Below, in pieces: positions 1-51,764 of a stretch of DNA of 64,000 nucleotides. The number at the start of each line of letters is the position of its first letter. The first letter of the stretch is position 1. The stretch lies in contig JAQGDQ010000582.1 in the NCBI GenBank assembly GCA_030141605.1, positions 71,961 to 135,960 of the forward strand, given 5' to 3'. The stretch is from Tubiluchus corallicola. Taxonomy: Eukaryota; Animalia; Priapulida. A program made the translations under genes and the position numbers. The notes under the pieces are model-generated. The model searched no databases and was not told the DNA's origin. It saw nothing but the letters and a program-made list of their open reading frames with translations.

Positions 1-619
1 TAAACGCTAACAGAATAGAAAGAAAATAATAGCAAATGAGGCTTAATTAGCCAGTGAATCAGTGACGCTTCAGCAGAGATATAACTTTCGTATCTTAGGC
101 TCATCACCATTTTTGTAGCAGTTTCCCATATTGCTGAGCCATGTGTGGCAACAAAACTTGTGAAGACTTGGATTGCACATCACATGGGCAATATACAATG
201 CAAGCCTCGTACTTTAGGCTCTAAACTTTTGGTTTGTGCACGTGCATGCTATATATATGCGCATATATAAGTACATCATTCAGGATTACTGTTTCGAAGT
301 AACTCACCGCATAGTCTATAAAATTATGTAGAACTAGAAGGGGTGGAGAATACCAACGAAAAAACTTAGGCTCTATTCTCATTTTGCCAATTCAACCTGC
401 TATCATCTAATTGGTACCAAGTGGTAAGTCATTATTTTAGATACTTGTGTTTACTTATGTTGTCTTCAGGGATCGTTGTTCACATCGTGCACATTGGCAG
501 CAACTACTCCGATCCCCAAGGAAGAAGAAAGCAGTATTACTGCAGCAGACTTTTGCCCTTCAAAAAGCGTTTAAGATTTGCATTTTTAAGACGGTGGCGG
601 AAACATTGGTAGAGTTGGC

Positions 620-1140
620 TCAGGTAATATTAGGATAAAAACGGCACTGATAGTTCCAAACTGGTTCTATTCTCACTGAAAAACTACCTTGGCGAGTCTT
701 GAGACTGGCACGTTCGTTGAAAAGTTTGAAAGTTCCTCCACGTGCATGACTTACTGTCACCCAACTGAAAAAGTTCTCAAAACTGAGAATGTCATTTTCA
801 TGAATGATGTTGTAGACCATAACTAAATCAGCATGTAGCCGTCTTTCCTCTAGTGATGTTATATGGAGTTCTTGTAGTTGCTGTGGATAATTGAGATTTT
901 CCGTACCTGCAACTCCATGTGTGAATCGTCTTTGAACAGATTCCAGCACATCAATGTCTTTCAAGTAATAGGGATTCCAAACTGGACTTGCATACTCTGT
1001 AGTATAGGCCTTATAAATAAGGAGAATAGCCAAAGTCTGAAATCACGAGCTTTGGTTTGGACTCTGACATTGATTACTCTCAATGGTCCAATGGCTTTCT
1101 TGGCGATACTGTTACACTGAGTTGCAAATTTTTAAGTTGA
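620..1140 (-). mobile_element. Degenerate CR1/L2-type LINE, 3' end of ORF2
   Basis: EYASPVWNPY..KDIDVLESVQRRFT, SLEERRLHADL, FSVRI..VWN are typical post-RT motifs; reading frame disrupted. Confidence 0.8.
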
Positions 1141-3860
1141 TGTTATTATCACCTCCAAATTGCATTTATACTCAAAAGAGTTTAATTGCACTGTACACTG
1201 TTGCATTGTGTTTAAGAATATTGAATTAATGTGACTAACTTGTGATTAATACTTAACAAAAGGAATAATTGGCTGCAAATTTTATTATATTTTATTAATT
1301 TTATTACAGTTTTGTTATATTTCTGCTACTCCAGTTTTTTGCACAATTTATTATATTTATATTCCAATAAAGTATTGCTCTACAGGAAGGGAAGAACAAA
1401 ATAGTAAAATGTTATGAGGTGATTAATCAGAAGAAAAGGCTGACCACAATATAGACAACAATTAAAAGATCAAAGTCTCCATAGTAGTAAGTTAACAAAT
1501 TGTTTGAAAAGTTGACTATGGGTACTGTTAATCAATCGATTCTGTCATTCATCATTTTGTTACAACTAACTGTGCTGACTTGAGATCTTTTCCATCTCCA
1601 GAAAAACTTTGGTTTAAATCCGGGCATTCAGCTGGGATTTACATTGTGCATCCAAAAGGTATTGGTTAGTTTGATACTTTCTGTTGGACCAGCTTCTGTT
1701 CCACCTACATAATTATGCTAAGTACCTGACCAGAGACTCGATCCTAGATTGTAACTTATCTAATGGTCTCACATTTTAAATCCTGCCACACAGGCTCTTA
1801 GATGGCCAAAAATAGAATTCAAATTTTGTGGTATAAGAGATCAAGTACCAAGTGTGCTACTTTTAATGCCAAAATATGTCCAAAAGTCCTGAGTTAGATT
1901 TCAGTAGCTTTATTACGTGTTACCTGAAAACGAACGATATAATTATAAGTAAATTTTGCAAGTGTAACGTAAGATTATACAATTAATTGCATAACATGTA
2001 TCTGAAAAATTACCGAACATCCTGACTTAAATAATAATATTTCACAAAAATAAGAAGACTTACATGTTGTCATCTCTTAGCGCTTTCAGCCCCAAAAGTC
2101 CAGCCTCACCAGCAAAGTTTAAAGAATCATGTCAATGTGATATTCTACTCGCTTATGTAAAATAATTAATTAATTAACTAAGAAATTGGTCGATTTTACT
2201 TATGCCTATTGCTTTATATGCCCAACTCAGCGATTATGCAGCCATTCCCTGATGACGTCATGGCAGGAAACTTGAAAAGACTACCACCATCACTTGTTGC
2301 TTTAACACATTACCCTGCTACACAAATTTTAGGCATTTTGCACGTGGTTAATGTACAAAAAAGTTACACAACACGAAAACAAGTTCCAAAATGTTTAACA
2401 TGCGACACCTCGTCAGCCCGATCAGATGCATCACTGCAGTAAACAAAACACAGGCACAGACATCCCACAATACTTTTCAGACAATCATCCTTATCCTGCC
2501 ATGACATCAATCACTACAAGTATCCGAAGTTTGGCTAGTGCTGGTACAGTATTGCAGATGTTCAAATTGATGAGATTGAGCGTATTTTATTAATTAATTC
2601 ACATAGTTGCTTGCATGAAAACCGGGATATTCAATACAATTATTTCTTTTCTGCTTAAGTTGTTGGTTTTGGTATTTATAAACAATGACTAGGCGTTTAC
2701 TTTAAATGCAAAGTTGCTTATCATAATATCAGTACTCAAAGCCGAACCCAGACACAATAATATCAGTACCCGAACACATACAAGTAAAAAGTAGTGTTGC
2801 TCCGAATACATTTTTTTGTCGGATAAGGAATACTGGATATCATCGAATATTTCCCAAAATTGACTTCCGTATTCGGATTATAACCGGATAGGTTTACTAA
2901 ATTTGGATCGAATATGTGGATCAGATTGGATAATGAAAAATTAGTAAATGTTTGCAAACTTTAGCGTCTATAATCTTAAAGTGTAAGGGGTCTTAAGGTT
3001 GTTTCATCTTTTGATAGGAATTTCTTCTTAAAAATAGAGTAAATTTGGGGCCAAAGTGTATCATAGTGTTGTGTCTGGATAGTTGCTACTATACATTATT
3101 ACAGTGCAAACACTGCAGTTACTGAAAGCTTTTTTTTCAATTTATTAGTCAAAAATCGATTTTCAATTTGTGTAAATAAATATATAAAATATAAATAAAA
3201 ATATGCAGTAAATAAATGTATTTCACGTATAATTTTGCATGAAAATCCATTGTGTGAGGAGCAGAAACCTACAAAAATTATCAATGTGTTTTTGCATAGT
3301 AAAATCGTCCGTAAGTTGGCAATTTAGCTTTTCTAGTTATTTACATATCCTGAATCTCCACTTCATGAAGACCATTTTGATACCAAGCTCATCACGCTCA
3401 AATTAAATTTTTAGTATTTTTTGAATATTTTATTGGCATTTTGATGCTGGAATATAAAAGGCCAATATATTTAGCATTTGTTTTTATAAAAACAAATAAC
3501 TGACATTTGACCAAATTTTTGTGCATTTTACTTTGAAGCATCATGACATAATTTTAACTATGCTGACTTATGGATGGTTTTGGTTTGCAAGCACACATAT
3601 AACATAATCACTGTTTAGTGAGAGCAGTTTTTCATGAATCCATGCAAAATGCAACAAACGCTTACAGTACTGAAGGAGTTTAAGACAGAAAGCCTGTATG
3701 AATTCTTTCTTATTAATATTTCCGAATTGAAAAAATCTGATATGTTTAGCTGTATCTGTTACTATTTTTCAGCTTACAGGTTTTGATATCTTGCTGCTTG
3801 TGAAATTTTCTTGTTTTCTTCACACATTGTTAAGGACCAGTAAACTGACTAAGCCTGGAA

Positions 3861-42894
<39,034 letters not shown>

Positions 42895-43167
42895 TAAATC
42901 AGGGTTGCTTAAATGATGAACTTGCAACAATCTGTGAATGTGTAGGTTAATATTTATTTGCTAGTCGCACAAAGGCACGAGTTTTTGAGATGATGTCACT
43001 TTACAGATTCTGCGATACTGAATGTTTACAGTAATTTTTGTATTGTTGATAGGTTGTAGGCGTTGTTGGTTGTGAAGCAAAACATTTGTACCAAAACAAT
43101 CCGTTCAAAATGTCCAGTGTTCAGTTTGCATTCAGTGTTCAACACTGGTAATGAACAATGGTATTAC

Positions 43168-43559
43168 AATAGGCCTGTTCATAGTTACAGCAATTGATGA
43201 TGATCGTTAAGAATTCAAAGGTTAAGTGTACCAGACAACACATTTGTGTACACTTGACAACGCCTCGCAGCCCATGCTGTTGTAATAGTAGCAGCTTTAA
43301 CAGCTAGCTAGATCCTTATGTAGTTCATTTTTTCTTATTCCCAAGCAAGATTCTGTTAGTAAATCACTCTACACACAGACTAATGCATTATTAAGTAAAG
43401 TCCACCTAAAAACTACTGAAGTTACTGAACTAATGCTTTTGCATTACCTACATGTCACCTACGATTATACTTAAGACACGTTGCTGTGGGACTGGGACAC
43501 TTAAACTTTGACCTATAGCAACTACGCATGCGCTCTACGAAACTATGAAAAGGCTTATT
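43168..43559 (-). mobile_element. Family B MITE in the probable ABCC 3' UTR
   Basis: AATAGGCCTGTTCATAGTT...AACTATGAAAAGGCTTATT. Confidence 0.85.
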
Positions 43560-43879
43560 AGTAACATAATCTGATGAGTAACTTAACATTTTTCATGATG
43601 CAAAATGCCGAAAACAATTTTGGTCCTGAAGGAGTTAAGGCCTGCTGCTTACTTTGCATAAATAGGCAAATTTTGTTGTTTTATACATTATACAATGATA
43701 GAATAATAGTTGTGATACAACTTCGATTATTTACGTGATGTGACAGTTGTTAGTTTTGTATTAATAGTTGTGATGCAGCTCTGAACGTTAATATTTTAGT
43801 AACAATTAGTTTTATATTGAAATTTGTGATGCAGCTGTAAACGTTAATATCAGTGTTTAAGTTTAAATAAGTAGGTATA

Positions 43880-43885
43880 AATAAA
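43880..43885 (+). terminator. Candidate polyadenylation signal of the ABCC gene
   Basis: AATAAA within ATAAATAAATAAAT, followed by a GT/T-rich tract, about 1 kb after the stop. Confidence 0.4.
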
Positions 43886-44193
43886 TAAATACATTAATTG
43901 TTTGTTTTTGTTGTTTACTCTTGTAAATGATTTCTCTATAATCTAAAAAGTTTCACACTGAAAGATCGGAAAGAAATAGGTTTCAGTACCTACATATGTA
44001 TAGTATATACATATTGACTGACTAAGTTATAGAATGTTAATATATCAGTTTAGTCTTTTATTATCTTTCTATCGTTGTGATATTTTAATGGTTGTAATCG
44101 TTCAGAATATTTTTGATGTTTTTTTTATAATTTGTCTGTTTGTTGCTTATAAATTGTGTAACAGTTTTGCCTAAACGCATGTAGTGTACGTAC

Positions 44194-44552
44194 TAGGGTT
44201 GAGCATTCTCTACCAGAAAGCGAATTCAAATCAAATCGAATCTGAATCAAATTCGTATTGAGTTTGAAAGATTTTTGGAAAAGTTTTCAAACCACTAGTA
44301 AAAAGTGGTCTTACAAAGATCATGCATTACTTGATTTTGTTTTGCAGTAAAACCACTATTAGTTTGTTAAAAATTTTGTGCAGAAACTGCAGCTAAATTG
44401 CACTAATTGCATGCTGTTTCAAACATTTAATGTTAAGAAACATATGTGGTTGAAGTGCTGAACTATTTGAATCTGTAATTTTAGGTTGGGGGTCGAATTC
44501 GAACTAAAAAAACTTGCTCGGATTCGATTTGAAGATTCGATGCTCACTCTTA
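44194..44552. mobile_element. hAT-type MITE
   Basis: TSD GTACGTAC/GTATGTAC (7 of 8); termini TAGGGTTGAGCAT...ATGCTCACTCTTA; GAATC/GATTC subterminal repeats. Confidence 0.7.
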
Positions 44553-44908
44553 GTATGTACATCACAAGCATCGACTACGGTCCCGGTCTTGGTTGAGTCT
44601 CTTCATCAAGTAGAAAAATCACACTAAAATAGTGGAAGCAGGTGTTAGTTTCACGTAATTGTTGCACTGTATTATGTTGTAATTTTATGAGAGATAATTA
44701 AAATTGCACCTGCTGTCATTTTGGCTTCTCCTCATTTGTAGTTGGCTTCATTTTTCTCTCCGAAACTTGGAAATTTCATTATTTTGTAGAGCAGTTTACT
44801 AGCTTTTATAAGGACGTCATCTGTTAATACATTGAAATTGACGTCATACTGTGAAAAATTGAAATGGTCGGAGATTTATACATTTTAATGCTGAATCTTA
44901 GCTATGTT

Positions 44909-45516
44909 AAGGGCCGGCTCTACTACTAGGCAAACTAGGCAGTTGCCTAGGGTGCCATATTTGGGAGGCGCCAAATCCTGGAAGTGATTCTTTAATATTT
45001 AAATTTCGTATATCTAATAACATAGTGTATGTGTGAATTAGTTGCATTATTTTCCTGTCGAACTCTATGGTTTATCGATTCCAGAAAGTGTTTTCACGTA
45101 GCAAACACTTTGCGTTATCTGGTTTCCTAAGATTACGTAATTTCTGACATTATGTCACGCAGTTATTACTGACACATTACCTTGCTTTTGCGGTCTTTAG
45201 GACGAATTGAAAAAAACTGGCGTTTCGTATAAAGTACTATGGAGTCTTAAATCCAATTTCAAATTCAAGCAATCATAAATACAATTTAAAATTTAACCAG
45301 TACAAGCTGTTGATTGGTAATTAACTACACTTAATTGGTACACATGTGTAGGCCTAGCATATAAGTACCATTGTACTTTATTATAATAGTATACAAGAAA
45401 AAGTCAATATTGGATGTGTTGTGGAAACCGTGGGGGACAGGACAGGGTTGACTATTGAGGAGATTGCGCTAAAAACAGTTTTGCCTAGGTCGTCAAAATA
45501 CTTAGAACCGCCCCTG
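44909..45516. mobile_element. hAT-type MITE
   Basis: AGGGCCGGCTCTA...TAGAACCGCCCCTG; flanks GCTATGTT/ACTACGTT (6 of 8). Confidence 0.65.
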
Positions 45517-47571
45517 ACTACGTTCTCTTTGTACATCCAATGTTCCAGTAAAGAGAAGCAGTTTGGGTCAGTACAGCAGCCATAACCACCTACCACCCAA
45601 AGCAGTTCCTCCCACATTTACTCATCGAATTTCTTGATCATGCTCTGACGTCGCTTAATTTGCTGCAAATATTTCTGGTCAAAAGCCAAATTTCTCTGCA
45701 ATTGACATGTAGGTTAGACAAAATGTTTACTGTGTTAGGCTATCAACTTCATGGGACTTTTTCGTGTTTGGAAACAACAGAGATTGTCAACACACCGCAA
45801 ACAATTTTTTACTGCAGTTTGTTTACCTAACATTGTCAATGGAAATACATATATGTTCATGACACTATTACCAAAAAAATTAACAATGTTAATAATTCGA
45901 TAGATACGCAATGCCTCCAATAAAAAGAGATGCAGCCATATGGCTATAATTAAGAGTACTTTTTAAATTATTTGTCATTTACATTGAGAATAATTTAAAA
46001 TTTATTCTGTTACAGTTGTAATAGAAGTTTAATTAACAAAATTAAATTTGAAACTCTTAAAATCACAGCAATTGTTCGTGTGGGTTCCCAAAATTCTATA
46101 AAATTTGTTTATGATGTATGTTGCATAGATTTGTTGCAAATTATGGGGCAATTGCTTTGATTAACAAAAACATTTAGATACCTTTTTTCTAGTAAATTTT
46201 GTAGTTTCTGTTAACATTACTAATTAAATACTTAACAGGTCAAACTACTTAAAAAGCTTGAAATTTCGTAATATTGATATTTAATTTGGAATCATTTACT
46301 TTTAGACAACTAAGTAAGTGGCAGGTGATTTATATAAAGAGAAAATGAAAATTAAATATTTTCTCATCTTAAGTATTTATGTAGTTTAGCAACGCAAACA
46401 GGTCTGTGTCTATAGTAGTCATACATTTGCCTGCTTTGGTAGTACACCACAAACTGTTGCCGCGAATGCACGCTGCTGTAACATACCACAAACGGTTAGT
46501 GCGCGAGTTAGTACACCACAAACGATTGCTGCTCAAACGCACGCTTTGGTAGCACGCAACAAGCTGTTTACTACAGAAACAGTGGGGTATAAATAGCAGC
46601 TGGAATGTAGCAGGAATCGTGTAGAAAGAAAGGAGAGAAGGTTAGCACTCCCCTTGATAAGGACGGAACAGGGCATTTGCCCTCTAACACACATACGGTT
46701 AAGGCCTGCTGCTTACTTTGCAGCACTTGACCATATTTTTCAGTAAAAGCATTTTCGAAATTTAGTTATAAATGCGTTGTCATTTATTAGGTGTGTAGCA
46801 CACTGAAGATCAGGAGTTCAAACCGTGATTAGTGATTTTTTTCCTGTTAGCACAATTTTTGTCGTGAATAGTTTTTTCTTTTAAAGGTTCTTAAGCAATT
46901 CTTGTAAAAATATATGTGCAAGAAAATAAAAAACAATTTTGAAAAATAAAAAACCGTTAATTTAACGGTACAGGATGTTCCAAAAACGTCTTCCGAAGGC
47001 CGCTGTACAGAAAGATATTGAGTGTTAAAGAGCCAAAAAATTGAAATCAGGATCTATATAATTTAGGCTTACTAAACTCAATGACTTCTAATTTTTTTAC
47101 AAACGTTTGTAAAATTATGGACAAATCGCTTGAAAATCATAAGACCTTTTCACACTAATTGGTAAGTCATGTCACAATTTAATGAAAGAGTGTTCATGGA
47201 AGCTAGAACCATTATTAAAGAGGCCATGAAAAGGAAATAAATAAAACGCAAAAAATTTGTTTCCACGTGGGTTCTGTATAACCTAGATGCAAAAAATCTG
47301 AAATCATAGTCATTTTAATCATTTTCAAAATCTTGTAGTCTAAAATTCTTTTACAAACTTTCAAATATCGACATTTAAATAGAACGAATTATTTAATATT
47401 TAATACTTTTTATTTGGAAATAAAGACACCTAACAATTATAAAGAGCTACAATTTATTTAATACAGAATTATTTAACATGTCTCGTATTTTTTCACACGA
47501 CGAATATTATTAGTACAGTATATATTAAATTTCAGCACAAAAATGTTTGTTAACGACACAAATTTCTTTAA

Positions 47572-48177
47572 AGGAAGACAGGATGATTTTTCATATACTA
47601 GTCCATTTTCAAGTACGGTAAAAAGTAAACCTTTTAGCACAATTAATACTGCAAAAGCGTTTTTGATAATTCAATAATAGATTAAAAACTTAATTAACGG
47701 TGGGCGAGTCCAACTATTGATGACATCACTAACTAACATAATTTTTAACAGCGAAAAAATATTCCACGAGCGTGTTGCACGTGTTTGGGAAAGCGAAAAT
47801 TAAAGCACAATGATGCTGTAAGATATTCCGTGTGTTGTATTAAAACTAGGCATGTTTTAAGATGAAAATTCAAATTTCAAATTTACCGCTGTGCTCAGGC
47901 GTGAGCTACCGAATGTGTGCAGTTCGTAACAAACTAGCACATATTAATTGAGAGGTGCAGCGCCTGCTTTATGTGCAATGGTTTTCGAAATGCAGACGCT
48001 AGTGCCGTCTAACCAGCGAAAAGCGAAATGCATGTAACAGTGAAAAACTAATGGCGCGAACTTGAAATTGTGTTGTGTGGTAATAATTCTTTCACGTAAG
48101 TCAATTTTGAAAAAAATAGTATGTTACCACCTTTCAATTGTTTTGACCTACAGTTTAAGACTGGGTCCGGTTTTGCT
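47572..48177 (+). mobile_element. Family A non-autonomous DNA element (Kolobok-like), about 0.6 kb
   Basis: TTAA|AGGAAGACAGG...CCGGTTTTGCT|TTAT; short imperfect TIR and TTAA-type target. Superfamily is inferred. Confidence 0.8.
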
Positions 48178-48451
48178 TTATTTCAGTTTACCAATTTATT
48201 TTACCAGTTTATCAGTAAACTATAAATTATACTGCTTTTTAAGGAAACGGTAATGTCGGAAAACTAATCTAATCAGTTCAAGTCCCAACTGGTATGTTTT
48301 GCTACACCTTTACGAACTCCTCCTGTGTTAAAAAAACTTTTTAATATTTCATCTAAATTAAATTTATGACGTAAATATCTTAGTTTGTTTATATCTCACG
48401 CATGAAATTACGTGCTTAAACGAAAAGATGCTATTTACTGATTATAATGCT

Positions 48452-49528
48452 TCACTCATTTATTATCTCTGCATCCCAGTTCAGTTTTTTAGGCTTTTCT
48501 GGAAACACTGTGTAAGCATCATTCCACGTATCAAGCAGTTTACCTCCACACTTGGCACTTTTTTTACTTGATTTACCTGTATGCATTCCCGGTTCACAAA
48601 AGTTAGTAATTAATGTTTCGTTTTTACCGCTAATGTTATTATAAAGTGTATACATGTGATTTTCGTTAAAGTAATAACCTGTGAATGTATCACTGGCAAT
48701 TGTCAGTGACCGCCTTCCAAATAATTTAATATACTTGTTGAGGATCAGATACTTTTCGCCTCGAATGTACGGGCGAAATGAGGAGTCCTCCAATTTCTCA
48801 AATGCCCATTGGAGAAATTTCGTCCACACGTGTGGCATGGGAGCCAAGCCAAATACTCCTACAAGTGGATTTAGGTAAACTGTGTCATTACATTTTGGAC
48901 ACAACGGCATTTTGCGTTGAAGACGACCTCTGTCCGTTCTTCCAACCAAGGATCCAGTCGTGAGTGTTACAGCACCTACTTCCGGATTATCCTTGTAAAA
49001 GAGAAGGGCGGCTTTTATCCATCTGTAATAGAACCTAGATGGCGCTGTGTCATCTTCGAACACAATGCCATAGTGTCCTGGTTTTTCTGAAGGTATCCAA
49101 CAAGTAAACCATTGCATATGAACCCCTTTATTGCGGTCATTGACTACGACTTCCTTTTTACCATAGGGCCACTCGAATGAGTTAGCAATATCAACAGTTT
49201 CCTTGGATATTTCTTTTTTCCTATCAATACAAATCTTTAACTGCACAATATCACCGTCATATTCTGCAGCGGCCAACGCGTTTAGCAGTCTTTCCAATGA
49301 CCAAGGTCTATTCATCGTCAATACGGCGATCTCCAGATGGAATGGCTCATCTTTTGTGACGGCACCTGGTGTGGCGAGGATTGAACTTGACCGTTTTGCG
49401 TCATCATCAAACGTTTGCCGTTTGTTCTCAGATCGATTTAACGTTACGTAACTAATGATGACGAACAACAGCACGACGAAGACGTAAACGCGGCGAAAAA
49501 TGCCTTTTCTATGTTCACAAATTATCAT
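48452..49528 (-). CDS. Single-exon putative GT-A-fold glycosyltransferase, type II membrane protein (about 358 aa from the first ATG)
   Basis: Intact ORF; N-terminal TM VYVFVVLLFVIISYV; IAVLTMNRPWSLERLLNAL, ICID, FEWPYGKK, acidic FEDD motif, late GMH. First ATG 49528 in GCCATG context. Confidence 0.8.
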   Translation of the reverse strand: MIICEHRKGIFRRVYVFVVLLFVIISYVTLNRSENKRQTFDDDAKRSSSILATPGAVTKDEPFHLEIAVLTMNRPWSLERLLNALAAAEYDGDIVQLKICIDRKKEISKETVDIANSFEWPYGKKEVVVNDRNKGVHMQWFTCWIPSEKPGHYGIVFEDDTAPSRFYYRWIKAALLFYKDNPEVGAVTLTTGSLVGRTDRGRLQRKMPLCPKCNDTVYLNPLVGVFGLAPMPHVWTKFLQWAFEKLEDSSFRPYIRGEKYLILNKYIKLFGRRSLTIASDTFTGYYFNENHMYTLYNNISGKNETLITNFCEPGMHTGKSSKKSAKCGGKLLDTWNDAYTVFPEKPKKLNWDAEIINE

Positions 49529-49684
49529 GGCGCTTTTTAACACGATCAGCTACTCAGAACAGTTAAAATAAAACAGAAGACTGCAGCACTTAACACAGTA
49601 CTTATACTCAGGTCATTGTTATACGGACTGTGACCTTAATACAAGCCCTGCTACGCACGACGACTATAAATTACTTAGCTTACA

Positions 49685-49884
49685 TACCTATTTGTTTGGA
49701 GTTGTTGTATTTTATTTTTGAAATCATGAGTTATTCAGCAGATAAAATGATCATAAAAAATGAAGTAACACTGAATCTGATAATCTTATCAGATTCAGTG
49801 TTACTTCATTTTTTATGATCATTTTATCTGCTGAATAATTCATGATTTCAAAAATAAAATACAACAACTCCAAACAAATAGGTA
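49685..49884. repeat. Long palindrome 1: 99-bp arms, 2-nt spacer, 1 mismatch
   Basis: 49685-49783 is the reverse complement of 49786-49884 except G49730/T49839. Confidence 0.97.
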
Positions 49885-50097
49885 AAATTTATACGTGAAC
49901 AATTTATATGCATAGGAGCTAGTAGAAACGCCAAACTTAGCATGTAAATATGCCAAACAAGATAGATGACTCAATTTTAATCAAAAGGTACCTTTTGATT
50001 AAAATTGAGTCATCTATCTTGTTTGGCATATTTACATGCTAAGTTTGGCGTTTCTACTAGCTCCTATGCATATAAATTGTTCACGTATAAATTTTAC
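49882..50097. repeat. Long palindrome 2: perfect 108-bp arms, no spacer
   Basis: Centre AAAAGGT|ACCTTTT between 49989 and 49990; arms matched base by base. Confidence 0.97.
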
Positions 50098-50329
50098 GCA
50101 CTCTTTCTTAAGGGCGGCTCTAAACACGGATACTTGGTATTTATTACTTTATTTTATATAATATTTACTATATTCATTATTTAATACTTTTTGTATTAAC
50201 TTTATTAAATGACTATGACAACAGCATTTATTCAAATCATTATTGTAAATAAAATGGCCAAATGTTATAAGTGACAAAGATTGGTACGACAAAGTCAAGG
50301 GAGAAAAATGGAGCAGGACGATAAAACGT

Positions 50330-51290
50330 AGAAGGTTTAACTAGGTTCATCGCTCTGAAGTCTAGCGCCCCACGAATAACATTAAGTGTCCTGTTTGCGC
50401 GAGTGTCAGTTTCTGGTGAGCGGTCACTCCAACGAAGATTGGTGATGATGGTAGTGCCCAGATTTGGACGCGAAGAAACATGCTCTAGGATTTTGTCGCC
50501 CATGCTGTGAGGAAAGTAATTTGGATTTGGAAAATAATTTGGAAAGTAATCGTGAGCGAATGGTCGGATATTTGATGATATGTTGTCATCGATGTCATTT
50601 ATATAGGAGAGGAATAAAGCCGGTCCAACAACTGAGCATTGTGGGTCTCCTGATGAAACATTTATGGGTTTGGAATGAATGCCATTGATGGAGACCTTCT
50701 GCGACCGCTCAGAGGGAAAAGATTTGACCCATTGTAGCATATGACCTCTGATACCATAGAATACGAGCTTAGCTATAAGAAGCTGATGTGGGACCCGGTC
50801 GAAAGCTTTGCCGAAATCAAGCAGTACACTATATCAACCTGACAGACTTTATTGCTTTATTTGTCATTTGAAGCTAATGTCCAGTCGTGTACGGATTCTA
50901 TCAGCTGAATTGAACATGAAAAACACGAACGAAAACCGTGTTGGATGCCCTTAATACTGCTATAATTGTCAAGATGTGTGTTGACATGTAAGAGGCAGAT
51001 ATGCTCCATTATTTTACAGGCTATGCATGTCTTGAGATAGGATCTGTAGTTTAAAGCTGAAGAAGTAGATCCTTTTTGTGTTTAGCAGTAGTTTAGTAGT
51101 TTAGTGTTTAGTAGTAACTGTCAGCCTTGGCTTTGTTGGAGACATAGATGTTGCTTTGGTCGATGAGACTTGGGATACCCGTGTGTTCAGTATTCGTGAT
51201 CTTTACAAAGCTCAAAAAACATTTTGGATTTTCTGCTAGTGATCCACCAATGACGTCATTAATGTATTCATTATAAATAAACTCAATCAA
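50330..51290 (-). mobile_element. Degenerate CR1-like LINE reverse transcriptase fragment
   Basis: DFGKAFDRVPH.LL.AKL..YGIRG.MLQWVKSF..RSQKV.ING, SG.PQ.SVVGPALFLSYINDI; frameshifted. Confidence 0.85.
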
Positions 51291-51764
51291 TTAAACTGGA
51301 TCAGTTAGCAAGCGGTGGCTGCTAAACTAATTTGCATATTTTGCCCACCGTTGAAAAAACAAAAAAATGAATGTAACAGGAACGAATAACAATGATGAGA
51401 TTGACAACTGACTGACCAGTGACCGCACATATATAAAGGAAGGCAACTAACAAACAAACAAAAAACAGGCAAAAAATCAGCAGGTGTACGATCAAGCAAA
51501 TCGTAACAACAGTTTATGATTATTTTGTATATTCATTAATGACAATGTTGACAAATGACAAAAATTACAACAACAAAAACACAATGACGGTGGTAATTAT
51601 GATGATAAAAATGATGATAGCAATGATGATAATGATGATGGTGATGGAGATACTTTAGGGATTAAAGCCAATATTCGCACTTTTCAAGTTGATTAAAAAC
51701 TTTTGATTTTAAATAAAATCTTGGTGTAATCAGGCAGGCACCCATCATATTTGATGACTAGCTT

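Noticed and set aside
421-638. Short plus-strand ORFs as an upstream exon or gene
   Set aside because: No recognisable product; one frame weakly resembles a decayed LINE RT segment (TPIPK), too weak to call.
43635-46722. Exact 24-bp duplicate TTAAGGCCTGCTGCTTACTTTGCA near 43636 and 46699
   Set aside because: Most simply the terminus of another TTAA-targeting element; no matching opposite end was found.
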